64,000 nucleotides of DNA from Planctomycetes bacterium UBA1146 (GCA_963579555.1 CAUZHA010000007.1:3233-67232); one strand, 5' to 3'. Shown: positions 44,164 to 54,755, numbered from the stretch's first letter. Numbers and translations are program-made. Notes: generated from the letters alone by a model not told the origin.

Positions 44164-45180
44164 TTGGGTCATTTGGATATGATGAGAATCGAAGCTAAGA
44201 GGAATGCAACTGCGAGCCAGGGCCTTTTGCCCTGTTTTCAGCATCTGCTGCATGCATTGAGCCTGCAGGCCGTGGTGCTGTTTGCCGTTCTGTTGATTTC
44301 AACTACAGCTTCCCAGGCCCAGGTCGGCCCCGGGGGCGGAGGAGCTTCCTTCTTCGTGGGCTCTAACCAGCGCGGCGAGGGCGGTTCTCCCCTGGCAGTC
44401 AGAGGCTTTCCGAGCCAGAGAGCGGAGGTCTTCTTCTACTACAATTCGCCGGAAGATGGCATTCCCGGCCCGGCGCAGAACGACCATCTCCAGGGCTTCT
44501 CGATGGTCTTCTGCTATGATTGCCGACTGAACTGTATCGAGGAGTCGTTCAGGATTCCGCCTGAGGCGATCACCTCCGTGATCGCAGCTGACTTTGTCGA
44601 ATTTCAATGCGACAACGATCCCGGCGATGGCGACGGTTGTGAGATGCTGCTGGCCGTTCTTGTTGAGACATTGCCCCCATTCAGGGGTGACACGCTGCCG
44701 CCCACCTCGCAGCCGCTGATGGTGGGTAGCGTTCAGTTCGAGATCGACTCCAGGGTGAGTTGTGGTGAGGAGCTTCCGATCGAATTCTGCGATGGCGCCA
44801 ATGTACGCGGCCGGGTTCCGCTGCAGAATGTCTACTCGGCAGCGAACCAGTCCCTCAGCGCAAGGACGGTCAATAGCGGGGTGGTCATCGACTCGGCCAG
44901 GCTCTTCCAGAGGGGTGACTGCAACTTCGACAACAGGGTCACTATCAGCGATCCGATATCGGTGCTCATGGCTACGGTTCTGGCGCAGGAATTTGACTTC
45001 GTGCCCAGTTGCGAGGACGCCTGCGATGGAAACGATGATGGCGTGCTCGACATCGGGGACGCGGTTTACCTGCTTCGCTGGATGTTCCGTTCCGGTTTGC
45101 TGCCGCCCGCTCCGGGTCCTTATATTTTCGGGCTGGATCCGACCGAGGATGCTCTCGAATGCACGATGCCATGTGAATAG
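44164..45180 (+). CDS. Hypothetical secreted protein with C-terminal dockerin-like domain
   Basis: Hydrophobic N-segment (LQAVVLFAVLLISTTASQA). C-terminal GDCNFDNRVTISDPISVLMATVL...CDGNDDGVLDIGDAVYLLRWMF dockerin-like pair. Confidence 0.5.
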   Translation: MGHLDMMRIEAKRNATASQGLLPCFQHLLHALSLQAVVLFAVLLISTTASQAQVGPGGGGASFFVGSNQRGEGGSPLAVRGFPSQRAEVFFYYNSPEDGIPGPAQNDHLQGFSMVFCYDCRLNCIEESFRIPPEAITSVIAADFVEFQCDNDPGDGDGCEMLLAVLVETLPPFRGDTLPPTSQPLMVGSVQFEIDSRVSCGEELPIEFCDGANVRGRVPLQNVYSAANQSLSARTVNSGVVIDSARLFQRGDCNFDNRVTISDPISVLMATVLAQEFDFVPSCEDACDGNDDGVLDIGDAVYLLRWMFRSGLLPPAPGPYIFGLDPTEDALECTMPCE

Positions 45181-45217
45181 AGAGTGGTCCGGCGCTCCGG
45201 GCTCTCCCCGGGAGGCG

Positions 45218-46243
45218 TCACTCTCCAGTGGTTACGCGAACCTTATAGGCTCCAGTCGCAGTGTAGTTCATGCGGAAGGGGATCACGCCCAATTGCAGGG
45301 TGCCCTCTGCCCTGGTGATGGTCTTGTAGTTGGCGCCGATGAGGAACGGGGTTCCCTTTCGACCGATCTTTCCTACGAGCGACAGCATCGGGAAGTTTTT
45401 ATAGGTATTGCCGGTGTAGCGAGTGGTCCCCTGGGGGCCGCTGTTGAGGTTGTAGTTCTTGACCAGCAGGTTTCCGGAGGCTCGGATCCTCAGGGTCGTC
45501 CCAGGCGCGACAAAGAGCTTCGTGTCGGCCCAGTTTCCCGGAACGACCTGCTTGCCGGAGATGGAAACCGTCTCCTGTATATTCCCTGTGGAGCGGAAAT
45601 CCACTCCGAGGATGTCGGCAATCTTGATGTCGAGGATGCCGTAGCGGCTCTTGATTTTGAAGCTGCTGTCCTGGATGGATCCACGGATCTTGAACCGCTT
45701 GGTGATGATCTCATCCGAGCCTCCGATCAGGGCGGGAAACTCATCTCCATGCTTGTTGCTCTCCTTGGCTCTCGACTTGATCTCTCCAATGAGCAGTGAG
45801 CATCGGTTTCGCAGCTCTTCGTCAGCGGAGCTCGTTAATTTTTCGAGATAAGGAAGAGCCCTGGAGCCGAACTCGCGCAGGGCATCCATGGCGGTTTCCC
45901 GCTCCTCGAATTCAGGTTCCCCCAGCCGCTGGATCTCGAGCTCGATAAGCTCGTCGGGATCATCCTCTATTCGCAGGGTCAGCCGAAGTCGGACGAGGTC
46001 GGAGGAGGGGACCTTCAGGACACCGTAGCGGGTTTTTACCTGCAGAGAATCGAAACCGGGAACACCCGTTATCCTGCTTCCATCCCTGAGAAAGAAGATA
46101 GGCGGAGGCAGCGCGGATTTTTCAGCCGGCGTGGCCTTCGGGGAGCTTTTTCCCTGGGCGCTCAAGCCGGCGGCTCCCCAGAGGATGCTGATGACCACCA
46201 GCCAGGTTGGGTGTCGAGACCAGAGTTCGTGGGGTGAAATCAT
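45218..46243 (-). CDS. Hypothetical secreted protein
   Basis: Signal peptide (WLVVISILWGAAGLSAQG). Coding-like composition. No recognisable motif. Confidence 0.45.
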   Translation of the reverse strand: MISPHELWSRHPTWLVVISILWGAAGLSAQGKSSPKATPAEKSALPPPIFFLRDGSRITGVPGFDSLQVKTRYGVLKVPSSDLVRLRLTLRIEDDPDELIELEIQRLGEPEFEERETAMDALREFGSRALPYLEKLTSSADEELRNRCSLLIGEIKSRAKESNKHGDEFPALIGGSDEIITKRFKIRGSIQDSSFKIKSRYGILDIKIADILGVDFRSTGNIQETVSISGKQVVPGNWADTKLFVAPGTTLRIRASGNLLVKNYNLNSGPQGTTRYTGNTYKNFPMLSLVGKIGRKGTPFLIGANYKTITRAEGTLQLGVIPFRMNYTATGAYKVRVTTGE

Positions 46244-46577
46244 TCGCTGCTCGTTTTGGATGGCCTGCGGGAATTTCTCAGTGAGTCTCCGGGGATGCCG
46301 ATCCAGATCATCACCGGTCTTTTATCGTATAACAGTTACGCGAGTCGGACCAAGGTGAATGCCGGAATGGTACCGATAACCGCCAAGGCACTTCTGGCAA
46401 GAGTCCTGGCAGGCCTCATGCTATAAGGTAAGGCTGTCGAACTGAGTCCATATTCTTGACCAAAGGCAAATGGAAGCCTTAGAATCAGGTTGGACGGGGA
46501 CTCGGTATCAGGCTGAAAACGGTTTTAAAACAACAGCCGGCATGTACAGCCCATCAGTTTTGAGGAATTATTGAAGA

Positions 46578-46666
46578 ATTGAGTACGGGTAGATTGAGTA
46601 CAGGTAGATTGAGTACAGGTAGATTGAGTACAGGTAGATTGAGTACAGGTAATTGAGCACAGGTTA
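46578..46666. repeat. Tandem direct repeat, 15-bp unit x ~6 (ATTGAGTACAGGTAG), ending 7 nt before the start codon of the downstream gene
   Basis: Units at 46578, 46593, 46608, 46623, 46638 (14 nt) and 46652 (variant ATTGAGCACAGGTTA). Confidence 0.9.
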
Positions 46667-46672
46667 CTGTCC

Positions 46673-47866
46673 ATGCGAAAAATACTTACCACCGCGTTAA
46701 CGGTCCTTTTTCTTTTCACGTCTTCCCTCGGCTACGCTGATCCCCTCAAGGATTCGCTCGACAAGGGAGTCAAGTTCCTGGCGAAGAACCAGAACCCCGA
46801 TGGAGGCTATGGCCCGTTTGGCAGTGAGTCACGGGTAAAGGACGTTTCCGATGTCGGAATCACAGCCTTCATAGTTTATACCTGCGCCATCCACCCGCGG
46901 AAATACACGGTTGTTGACGGGCCGTTCATGTCCAAGGCGGTAGCCTATCTCCTCGCGCATCAGCAGCCCGATGGAGGGTTCTACCATTCAAAGGATCCGG
47001 TGCTGAAGAATTATCGTACCTCGGTCGCCTTGATGGCGCTGGTCAAGCTCGACAGGGTCGCCTACTCCGAGCCCATCAGGAGGGCGCGGGCGTTTATCGT
47101 TACCCAGCAGAGAGACGAGCGTACGAATTACTCCAAGGATGAACACCTCAGCTTCGGGTCGGTAGGCCAGAGCGGCTCCCTTCGCGGTGATCTTTCCAAT
47201 GCGGCTTACGCCGCCGAGGCGATGCGCGAGGCGGGCTTTTCCGCCAGTGAACCCTTCTGGAAAAAGCTGCAGCTCTTCGTTTCACGCTGCCAGAACAGCC
47301 CCGCGGGTGACGCGCTCCTGGGCAAGTCAGGTATCGGGTCCACGAAGGATTGGGGGTTTCGGTATGCTCCGAATGATACGAGGGGTCCCAGCGAGTCTCT
47401 TGATGATGGGAGCACCGCCTATTCTTCTTACGGAAGCATGACCTACCAGGGCTTGAAGAGCCTCCTCTATGCCAATACCGACAAGAAGGACCCCAGGGTG
47501 CAGGGCGCCTTCAAGTGGATCTCGGCCAACTTCAGCCTGGCGGAGAATCCAGGCATGCGGACGCCGGCGAATCCCAAGGCCGGCCTCCAGGGACTTTATT
47601 ATTACTATCACACCATGGCCAAGACCCTCTCGGTCTATGGCGAGCCCATCCTTGTCGACTCCAAGGGAGTGAAGCATAGCTGGGCCGCGGAGCTTTCTGA
47701 TCATCTTATGAAGCTGCAGGGCCCGGACGGGCACTGGCAAAATACCAGCGGCAGATGGTGGGAAAACCTTCCTACGCTTGATACCGCTTATGCGATGATC
47801 GCATTGTCGCTTTGCCGCGATGATCTTGCCCGCCAGGCGGCCAGCAAGGCTGGCTCTGAGAAATAA
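46673..47866 (+). CDS. Secreted prenyltransferase/squalene-oxidase-repeat (terpenoid cyclase-like alpha/alpha toroid) protein
   Basis: Signal peptide. Repeated QxxDGGW/F motifs (NQNPDGGYG, HQQPDGGFY, LQGPDGHWQN) typical of PT/SQ-cyclase repeats. Confidence 0.7.
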   Translation: MRKILTTALTVLFLFTSSLGYADPLKDSLDKGVKFLAKNQNPDGGYGPFGSESRVKDVSDVGITAFIVYTCAIHPRKYTVVDGPFMSKAVAYLLAHQQPDGGFYHSKDPVLKNYRTSVALMALVKLDRVAYSEPIRRARAFIVTQQRDERTNYSKDEHLSFGSVGQSGSLRGDLSNAAYAAEAMREAGFSASEPFWKKLQLFVSRCQNSPAGDALLGKSGIGSTKDWGFRYAPNDTRGPSESLDDGSTAYSSYGSMTYQGLKSLLYANTDKKDPRVQGAFKWISANFSLAENPGMRTPANPKAGLQGLYYYYHTMAKTLSVYGEPILVDSKGVKHSWAAELSDHLMKLQGPDGHWQNTSGRWWENLPTLDTAYAMIALSLCRDDLARQAASKAGSEK

Positions 47867-47952
47867 GATTGGCTCGGCTCTCCGGCTCGCTGGTTTTCGG
47901 GAAACCGGCTGAGGAAAACCCGGGGAGCCTGAAGAAGACAGGGACTTGATTC

Positions 47953-49200
47953 ATGGATATAGCTCCATTCAGGGGCTTGAGGTTCGACCTCGGTAAGGTT
48001 GCCGAAAAGGTCGGCCAGGACGCGCCCGTGGTGACCGCGCCGCCCTACGATGTTCTCTCGCCTGAAGCCCACCAGGCCATCCTGGATGCTTCCCCGTGTA
48101 ATATCGTTCAGTTGACTCTCGGTGACAGGCCCGGGGAGGTCCCTTCTTATGAGGGACGCGCGCAATTGCTCCAGGGCTGGATTGAATCGGGTGTCCTGGC
48201 GTATGAGGACAGTCCCGTTTATTACGTCTGTACGGTCGAATATACCGTTCCCGGGACCGACACCCGGGCCCGGATGGTTTCCTTCGTTGCCCTGGGACGG
48301 CTTCATGAATTCGATGAGAGGATTGTCCAGCCTCATGAGCAGACCTTTCCAAAGGTGGTCCGGGATCGCCAGAGCCTGCTGGAGGCGACGCGCTGCAATC
48401 TCGAGAGCATCCTGCTCCTTTACAATGATGCCGCCGGCGAGATCGATTCTCTTCTCGATGAGGTTTCCAATGGCGAGCCGGTCATGGCGGTCGAGGCGTC
48501 ATCCGGAGAGGTCCACGCCCTCTACCCTGTTACCGACCCCGCCAGCACACTGAGGTTGACGGAGCTCATGGGTGAGCAGCGGCCGATTATCGCCGATGGG
48601 CATCATCGTTACACCACGGGTCTTCTCTACAGGAAGGCCCTGGAGGAATCCGGGCAGCAGGTGCCCGGGACCGATTGGAAGATGATGACCTTCGCGAATC
48701 TCCGGAGCGAGGGGGTCTCGATCCTCGCGACTCATCGTCTTCTCAAACTGCGCGATTCGGGCGACGTTCCCCGGGCGCTCGCGCTATTGGATGAATGGCT
48801 CGACCCTGCAGGAGAAGATGACTGGGAGATAAGGGTGGAGACGGCTGATGCGGCGAGGTGCTATCGCCTTGGCGAGAAAGCTCTCACCGGCAAGAGCGGA
48901 GCAGCCGCCACCAGCTACGGAATCGTACAGGATGAGATCATCGGGTCCTGGCTTGCGCCTCTCGCGGACGAAGAGCCGGAGGTCTCCTTCTACAAGGATG
49001 GGACGGGAGAGGATGAAGCTCTACGGGCCGGCCGCGGAGACCTGCTCTTTCGAATGCGCCCGGTGGGCCGGGGCGAATTCCAGGAGGTCATCGATGGAGA
49101 GGAGGTCTTCCCTCATAAGACCACGTATTTTTACCCCAAGCTGTGGAGCGGATTGGTGCTCTGGCGCCTTGAAGATGTGGAATCTCCAGCAGGAGACTGA
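47953..49200 (+). CDS. DUF1015 family protein
   Basis: N-terminus MDIAPFRGLRF...VTAPPYDVLSPE and overall length (~415 aa) match DUF1015 proteins. Confidence 0.6.
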   Translation: MDIAPFRGLRFDLGKVAEKVGQDAPVVTAPPYDVLSPEAHQAILDASPCNIVQLTLGDRPGEVPSYEGRAQLLQGWIESGVLAYEDSPVYYVCTVEYTVPGTDTRARMVSFVALGRLHEFDERIVQPHEQTFPKVVRDRQSLLEATRCNLESILLLYNDAAGEIDSLLDEVSNGEPVMAVEASSGEVHALYPVTDPASTLRLTELMGEQRPIIADGHHRYTTGLLYRKALEESGQQVPGTDWKMMTFANLRSEGVSILATHRLLKLRDSGDVPRALALLDEWLDPAGEDDWEIRVETADAARCYRLGEKALTGKSGAAATSYGIVQDEIIGSWLAPLADEEPEVSFYKDGTGEDEALRAGRGDLLFRMRPVGRGEFQEVIDGEEVFPHKTTYFYPKLWSGLVLWRLEDVESPAGD

Positions 49201-49228
49201 TTTACGCCTGGTCATCCGGGAGAGATCT

Positions 49229-50575
49229 CTATCGCCGCGCGCGGTCCACCAGCCATCTCTTCCACTCGCTGACCTCCTCGTTTCTTTTCGAGGTGGGAGC
49301 GGAGGTCCAGAAAGCCGGGCTGACGATGGTCGGCTTGGAGGCCATTTTCGAGAGCGCTGACGCTGCCGCCGCACGCACGATGGGGCGGGAGTCTTCGAGT
49401 GTGTCGACCAGCAGGGGGATCCAGTCGTTCCTGAGAGCGCGGTGGCGCTCGAGATTGCCTACAAGACGGGCTCTCAGCAGGGGGCTGGCCTCGCTGTCTG
49501 CGATGATGGCCTGGAGACGGGTAAGCGCCTTCGCCGTCTGTTCAGGCTCGAGGAAGGGAGCCTGGGGATTGCTCGACAGCAGCCTCAGGAAAGAAATATA
49601 GGCATCCTCCCGCGTTTGCGGGAAGGGAGCTTCGAAGAGCTTCACCAGCGTTCCCAGGGAGCGCCTGACATCGGTCCCGCGGACCTTGCAGAGCTCATTG
49701 ATAGCCCACGCCGAGGTCATCTTCTTTTCGGGGAGGGCAAGGCGGGCGAGCCGGCTGAGCTCAGTGACGAGGTCAAGCCCCAGGACGCTCGTTCTCCAGC
49801 TACTCTCCAGGGCCGAGATCTCGGTTTTGTCCATGGCGTGAACCCTGTTGATTCTCTCCTTGAGAGACAGCGCCGTTGGGAGCTCCCTGGTGAGCAGGTG
49901 GTAGACGATGGACCAGGAGAGTGCGTAGTTCATCTCGCGGGTCTCTTCGTCATGGAAATCTTTCCAGTCGCTTTGCAGCAGCTCTGCCAGCAGCGGCCGG
50001 TCCTTTTTTTTCGTGATTTCGCGCTGGGCAATCTTGAGCAGAACGGGATTGAGCAGGGGGAACTCCGCCCGGTCCTTTTCGATGACTCCAACCTCGAGGT
50101 TTCCGGCAAGTCCTTCGTTGAGCCAGCACTTGCCGGAGATCCCCGGCAGCTCGTTGACGAGAAAGTGGTGGGCTATCTCGTGCAGGAGCACCTGGTCGAG
50201 GTCGGAGACCAGGTTGGAGGCGGCGGCCCGGCTGTCGATCCGAATCATCTGCAGGAAGGGTACGTAGTATCCCAGCAGGTCGGGGTTGTAGGAATAGTCG
50301 AGGACTCCTTCGGCCTGTCCATCGAGAAAGATTCTCGTGGTCCAGGGGAAGGGTTTGGAGATCTCAAAGACCTCCGCGAGAGAATCATAGATGGTTTCGA
50401 TCTGGTCGCCGGTCTTCTCGAGGAAGCCTTGCCCATCGTTTGTATAGACGACAAAACCATCCCGGCTGAGACGGTTCTTGTAGGCGAGACCGCACCCGCA
50501 GGAGACCAGGCAGAGGGTGATAACGGCTGCGAACCTGGTTGCGTGAAGGACAGGGTCCATGATTCGGGATGGCAT
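49229..50575 (-). CDS. Lipoprotein with HExxH motif (putative MA-clan metallopeptidase-like, DUF1570-like) and C-terminal HEAT-like helices
   Basis: Lipobox LVSCGCG. VLLHEIAHHFLVNE...WLNEGLA (HExxH + downstream E). C-terminal helical repeats (PIVRAAAASALSKMA). Confidence 0.5.
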   Translation of the reverse strand: MPSRIMDPVLHATRFAAVITLCLVSCGCGLAYKNRLSRDGFVVYTNDGQGFLEKTGDQIETIYDSLAEVFEISKPFPWTTRIFLDGQAEGVLDYSYNPDLLGYYVPFLQMIRIDSRAAASNLVSDLDQVLLHEIAHHFLVNELPGISGKCWLNEGLAGNLEVGVIEKDRAEFPLLNPVLLKIAQREITKKKDRPLLAELLQSDWKDFHDEETREMNYALSWSIVYHLLTRELPTALSLKERINRVHAMDKTEISALESSWRTSVLGLDLVTELSRLARLALPEKKMTSAWAINELCKVRGTDVRRSLGTLVKLFEAPFPQTREDAYISFLRLLSSNPQAPFLEPEQTAKALTRLQAIIADSEASPLLRARLVGNLERHRALRNDWIPLLVDTLEDSRPIVRAAAASALSKMASKPTIVSPAFWTSAPTSKRNEEVSEWKRWLVDRARR

Positions 50576-50592
50576 GATCGGCGAGGGTCCGT

Positions 50593-50979
50593 TCAGTAAT
50601 AGATATAGGTTCTCGATTTGAGGGAGAGCTTCAGCCTCTCCTCGTCTTCACAGCCGGCCAGCGAGGTCGAGATCTTGACCCTGGCGACTCGTCCAGGCGC
50701 GTCGCCGCCTTTTCCGGATACGAAAAATTCGCAGAAGACCTCATGCACCGGATGGTTTGTGGGGGATGGGGCGCTGAAGAATCTCATCGCCTCGACTGTC
50801 GCGATCCGCCTGTATTCCTCCAGGTTCAGCTTCTTCGAGAGACTGATGGAAGCCACCACGACATCCTTCTGAGGCCACGATGTACGTCGTGGATACGAGG
50901 CGACGGCTTGACAGCCTGCTATGCAGGATGTGGCAACCAGGAGGATGGGGAGGCCGCAGAGCCGGGAGGAAGCTCGCAT
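50593..50979 (-). CDS. Small hypothetical lipoprotein
   Basis: Signal/lipobox LLVATSC. 128 aa. Weak support. Confidence 0.3.
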   Translation of the reverse strand: MRASSRLCGLPILLVATSCIAGCQAVASYPRRTSWPQKDVVVASISLSKKLNLEEYRRIATVEAMRFFSAPSPTNHPVHEVFCEFFVSGKGGDAPGRVARVKISTSLAGCEDEERLKLSLKSRTYIYY

Positions 50980-51236
50980 GAATAACTCGATCAGGTTGGA
51001 AGTCTCGGCCAGGAACTTTCGCGAGCAGCGTGCCGCTCCCGAATCCGTGAAGCCGAGCTTGAGTTTTTTTCAGTGTCGGGCGCCGCTTGGGCGGGCCATA
51101 CACCGATTGTACCAGCCAGGCCCTCAAACCCTGTGGCCGTCTTGTCGCGGGCTTCCCGATGACGGGGGGATGTTAGGTTCCTGGAGGTGGCAGGTCAGGG
51201 ATGAGGAGCTGCCGCCCGGCGCGAGCGCAGTCGTGC

Positions 51237-51785
51237 TCAGGCGTTGATCAGCATACCTTCACGCAGGGCATCCGCGGTTTGCTGGTCCTTCAGCTGGGCG
51301 ACCAGGCTCAGCGAAAAATCCAGTGAAGTTCCAGGTCCGCGGCTGGTCGTGATGTTCCCGTCGACTACCACCCTCTCCTCGGAGCATTCGGCTCCATCTA
51401 ACCCGTTCTCGAAGCCCGGATAGCAGGTGGCCCGGCGTTCCTGGAGGACCCCGGCGCGTCCGAGTACGATCGGGGCGGCGCAGATGGCCGCCAGCATCCC
51501 TCCCCTTGAGTGGGTCGACCGGATGAGCTCGATCACCCGGGGATTGTCACGCAGGTTGGTCGCTCCGGGAAGACCGCCGGGCAGCACGATGGCAGCCCAG
51601 TCTTCTTCCTGCCCTTCGGCAAGCGATTGGTCTGCAGCCACCTGGAGACCGTGCGCGCCGCGGATGGTGTCGCCATCGACTCCCAGGATGATGACATCGA
51701 GCTCAGCGCGACGCAGCACATCGATGATGGTGACAGCCTCGATCTCCTCAAATCCCGTGGCCAGCAAGACTCCAATCCTGGACAT
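51237..51785 (-). CDS. DJ-1/PfpI (ThiJ/YajL) family protein
   Basis: GVLLATGFEEIEAVTIIDVLRRA...AIVLPGG...MLAAICAAPIVL carries the conserved nucleophile-elbow Cys. Confidence 0.85.
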   Translation of the reverse strand: MSRIGVLLATGFEEIEAVTIIDVLRRAELDVIILGVDGDTIRGAHGLQVAADQSLAEGQEEDWAAIVLPGGLPGATNLRDNPRVIELIRSTHSRGGMLAAICAAPIVLGRAGVLQERRATCYPGFENGLDGAECSEERVVVDGNITTSRGPGTSLDFSLSLVAQLKDQQTADALREGMLINA

Positions 51786-51882
51786 AAGCTCTACTCCGTG
51801 TCTCCGATCTGCGGTGGATAGCGCCGTTTTACTGAAACTTGCCCGAGCCTTCCACCACCCTGATGATAAAAAAATCCGGACA

Positions 51883-53115
51883 TCAGTCGAGTCGGCCTCT
51901 TATCGTCTCAATGCTCGCGGCCTCGACAAGCTCGAGCACCTCCTTCTCGGTGTCGAGAGACTTCTCGGCGGCTTCCAATTGTTCCGGGGTCGATCTTGTC
52001 GCGGGTTTCGGAGGCATCAGGAATGAACAGCAATCGTCGTGTGGCTCGATCGAGGTATCGAAGCTTCCCATCCGCCTGGCGTCCTCGATGATTTCCGCCT
52101 TGTGCATGCCGACCAGCGGCCTGAGGATCGGCATGGTGGCGACGCTGTCGATGGTGTGCAGGTTCTCAAGGGTCTGGCTGGCCACCTGCCCGAGGCTGTC
52201 GCCGGTTACCAGGGCCAGGGCGTCTTCCTTCCTGGCGATGGCCTCGGCGGCCCGCACCATGTAGCGGCGGTAGAGGATGACTCTCAGCCTCGAGGGACAT
52301 TCGGTGATGATCCGGTTCTGGGTGCCGGCGAAGGGAACCATGTAGAGCCTGGCGCTCCGGCCGGGCGGGAGGATGCGCTCGGCCAGTTTCCTGACCTTGT
52401 CCTGGCTGGCTATGCTGGTATGGGGGTAGCTGTGAAAGTGGATGAAGAGAGCGTCCGCTCCTCGCCTCATGATTCTCGCGGAGGAGACGGGTGAGTCAAT
52501 CCCCCCCGAGAGCAGGCAGGCCACTCTCCCTGTGCTTCCTGTCGGCAGGCCGCCGAGCCCGGGGAGCCGGTCGAGGGCGAGGAAGCAGTCGTTGTTGACG
52601 AAGAAGAGGTAGAGGGAGAGTTGAGGTTTTTTGAGCCGCACCTTCCAGCCAGTCCGCCCTTGCACGTGGGCGCCGATGGTCGCGTTGGCATCTGTGGAGG
52701 TAAAGGGCAGCTCCTTGTTGGCCCGGCGGGAGACAACGGCGAAGCTCTCCGGCTGTTCGCCGCGGGCAAGCAATTGGTCGATGATGGAATCCATCGCTGC
52801 CCTGACGCTGTCGAGGTCCGCCGAGGTGGAAATACAGGGCGAATAAACCGCGATTCCAGGTATTCGTGAGAGCCGCCCGCAGACCTTGTCGAGGGGAGTC
52901 TCGCTTGAGAGCCTGAGCAGGAAGCGGCCGAAGCGGGGCTGCAGATGAGATCCGCCGAGATCCTTGATCGCGGCGCGGATGTTTTTCAGCAGCCGGGATT
53001 CAAAGTGTCGCCGGTTGCCTCGCTTGAGGGCGATCTCGTCGTAGTTGACCAGCAGGTTTCGAGCCTCCAGCCGATGGTATGAAGATCCAGTGGTTTTGTT
53101 TTCAGATGGAGGCAC
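51883..53115 (-). CDS. thiI: tRNA 4-thiouridine synthase / sulfurtransferase ThiI
   Basis: N-terminal THUMP-like region. PP-loop LLSGGIDSPVSS. Overall ThiI-like length (~400 aa, no rhodanese domain). Confidence 0.85.
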   Translation of the reverse strand: MPPSENKTTGSSYHRLEARNLLVNYDEIALKRGNRRHFESRLLKNIRAAIKDLGGSHLQPRFGRFLLRLSSETPLDKVCGRLSRIPGIAVYSPCISTSADLDSVRAAMDSIIDQLLARGEQPESFAVVSRRANKELPFTSTDANATIGAHVQGRTGWKVRLKKPQLSLYLFFVNNDCFLALDRLPGLGGLPTGSTGRVACLLSGGIDSPVSSARIMRRGADALFIHFHSYPHTSIASQDKVRKLAERILPPGRSARLYMVPFAGTQNRIITECPSRLRVILYRRYMVRAAEAIARKEDALALVTGDSLGQVASQTLENLHTIDSVATMPILRPLVGMHKAEIIEDARRMGSFDTSIEPHDDCCSFLMPPKPATRSTPEQLEAAEKSLDTEKEVLELVEAASIETIRGRLD

Positions 53116-53222
53116 GGTCGCTATTCAATCAGCAGGCGCTGGAGGGCCTTTCGCCGCAGGAAAAAAGAAGCTGCACGGTTTGGAATGGAAAAAAGAGTCG
53201 ATTTAGGTTTTCTTTCGAGGCC

Positions 53223-54458
53223 ATGAGTGAAACATCAGAAGGTGCCTTCTCCGAGTCGGCCCAAGAACATTCTAACCCGCCGTCCTATTCAGTTCCTACG
53301 CTGGAACTGAAAGGGGAGAAGACTCTCAACGCCCATCCGTGGATTTTCCGCCGCATGTTCAAGTTTTTCCCATCGGGTCTTTCCGATGGAGATGAGGTGG
53401 CCGTGCAGGCCTCCGATGGTGAGCCGGTCGGCAGAGGCTTCTACCATGGCAGATCCCAGATCGCGGTGCGGATCATGACGCCTGATGCAGAGTGCCAGCT
53501 TGATGACGATTTTCTTCGGAAGAAGTTGGAGGTCGCGCGCGATCTGCGGCTGGAGATTCTCCGGCTCGACAAGGTTACAGATTCCTGGAGGGTGGTTCAT
53601 GGGGAAGGGGACGGACTGGGCGGACTGGTGATCGACAAGTTCAACGACCTGCTCGTTGTGCAGCCATACAGCTACGCCTTCTACCGCCGCAGGGCGGAGC
53701 TCGGAGCGATCCTGGAGGAGATGTTTCCCGGCTCTCGCCAGGTGCTCAAGCCGCCTAGCGTGGCCGCTCAGCGTGAGGGTGTTCCGGAGTACCAGCCGCC
53801 CGGCGCAGGCGAGGAGCAGGAGGTGGAGATCACAGAGGGCAAGGTGAGGTTGCTTGTAAGTCCCTCGGGTCATAAGACGGGTTTCTTTCTCGATCAGCGG
53901 GAGAACAGGGCCAGGCTGGCCACCATGGTGCGGGGGAAAAAGGTGCTCGATGGGTGCTGCTATACCGGGGCCATGGCGATCGCCGCCCGTACTCTTGGAA
54001 AAGCCGGTCGCGTGGTGGGGGTGGATCTAGATGAAGAAGCCCTGGCGATGGCCAGGCGAAATGAGAAGCTCAATCGAGCCAGCATCGAGTGGGTGCATGA
54101 GGACATCTTTCATTACCTGAAGCGGCAGCGGCACGCGGTTGAGCCTTTCGAGGTCATCATCATCGATCCTCCAAAATGGGCGCGAGAGAGGGATCGGTTT
54201 GAAGAAGCGGAGCGGCGCTATCTTGATATCAACAAATTGGCAATGCAGGCTATCGCTCCAGGGGGAATCCTTCTGACCTGTTCCTGCTCCGGCCTGGTTT
54301 CCCAGGAGCACTTCCTGCGGATCCTGCAGCATGCGGCTGAGCTTTCCGGCCGGGATTTCCGCATCTTCCACCATGGGGGCGCGTCATCGGATCATCCTGT
54401 TTCTGCTCATTGTCCGGAGTCGCGCTACCTCAAGGCGGTTTTTGGCAGGGTCTTTTAG
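53223..54458 (+). CDS. RlmI/YccW-family class I SAM-dependent rRNA methyltransferase (PUA + MTase)
   Basis: Methyltransferase motifs VLDGCCYTGAMAI (motif I), IIIDPPKWA (motif IV DPPxF/W), TCSCSG. Start placed at Met 53223 because the longest ORF overlaps the divergent thiI start. Confidence 0.8.
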   Translation: MSETSEGAFSESAQEHSNPPSYSVPTLELKGEKTLNAHPWIFRRMFKFFPSGLSDGDEVAVQASDGEPVGRGFYHGRSQIAVRIMTPDAECQLDDDFLRKKLEVARDLRLEILRLDKVTDSWRVVHGEGDGLGGLVIDKFNDLLVVQPYSYAFYRRRAELGAILEEMFPGSRQVLKPPSVAAQREGVPEYQPPGAGEEQEVEITEGKVRLLVSPSGHKTGFFLDQRENRARLATMVRGKKVLDGCCYTGAMAIAARTLGKAGRVVGVDLDEEALAMARRNEKLNRASIEWVHEDIFHYLKRQRHAVEPFEVIIIDPPKWARERDRFEEAERRYLDINKLAMQAIAPGGILLTCSCSGLVSQEHFLRILQHAAELSGRDFRIFHHGGASSDHPVSAHCPESRYLKAVFGRVF

Positions 54459-54755
54459 GATGGTTCCTGCAGGGGCAGGTGGAAGCCGAAAAGTGTCAGA
54501 TAATCTGTCACTTGGCAAAACAGTCTCAGGGTTATCCATAACCTGGCATTGGGAAATATAGACTTATGACAACATATGCCTCTTTTTCCGAATGGCATGA
54601 CGATTGCATTTACAGGGGTAGAGACCCAAAACCCAACACCCTACGTTCCTCCTTAACAGGAGCCCGCCAAATAAAGGGCCGTGTGGTGGGGACTTAACCA
54701 AGTCCTCTCCACGCGGTCCTCCTCACATCCGGGGGGAATCGGGGACCCGATGGGC

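Noticed and set aside
54459-54755. Possible small RNA in the 300-bp gap between the rlmI-like and membrane-kinase genes
   Set aside because: No recognisable tmRNA, SRP, RNase P or 6S signatures could be identified by eye. It is left as unannotated intergenic DNA.
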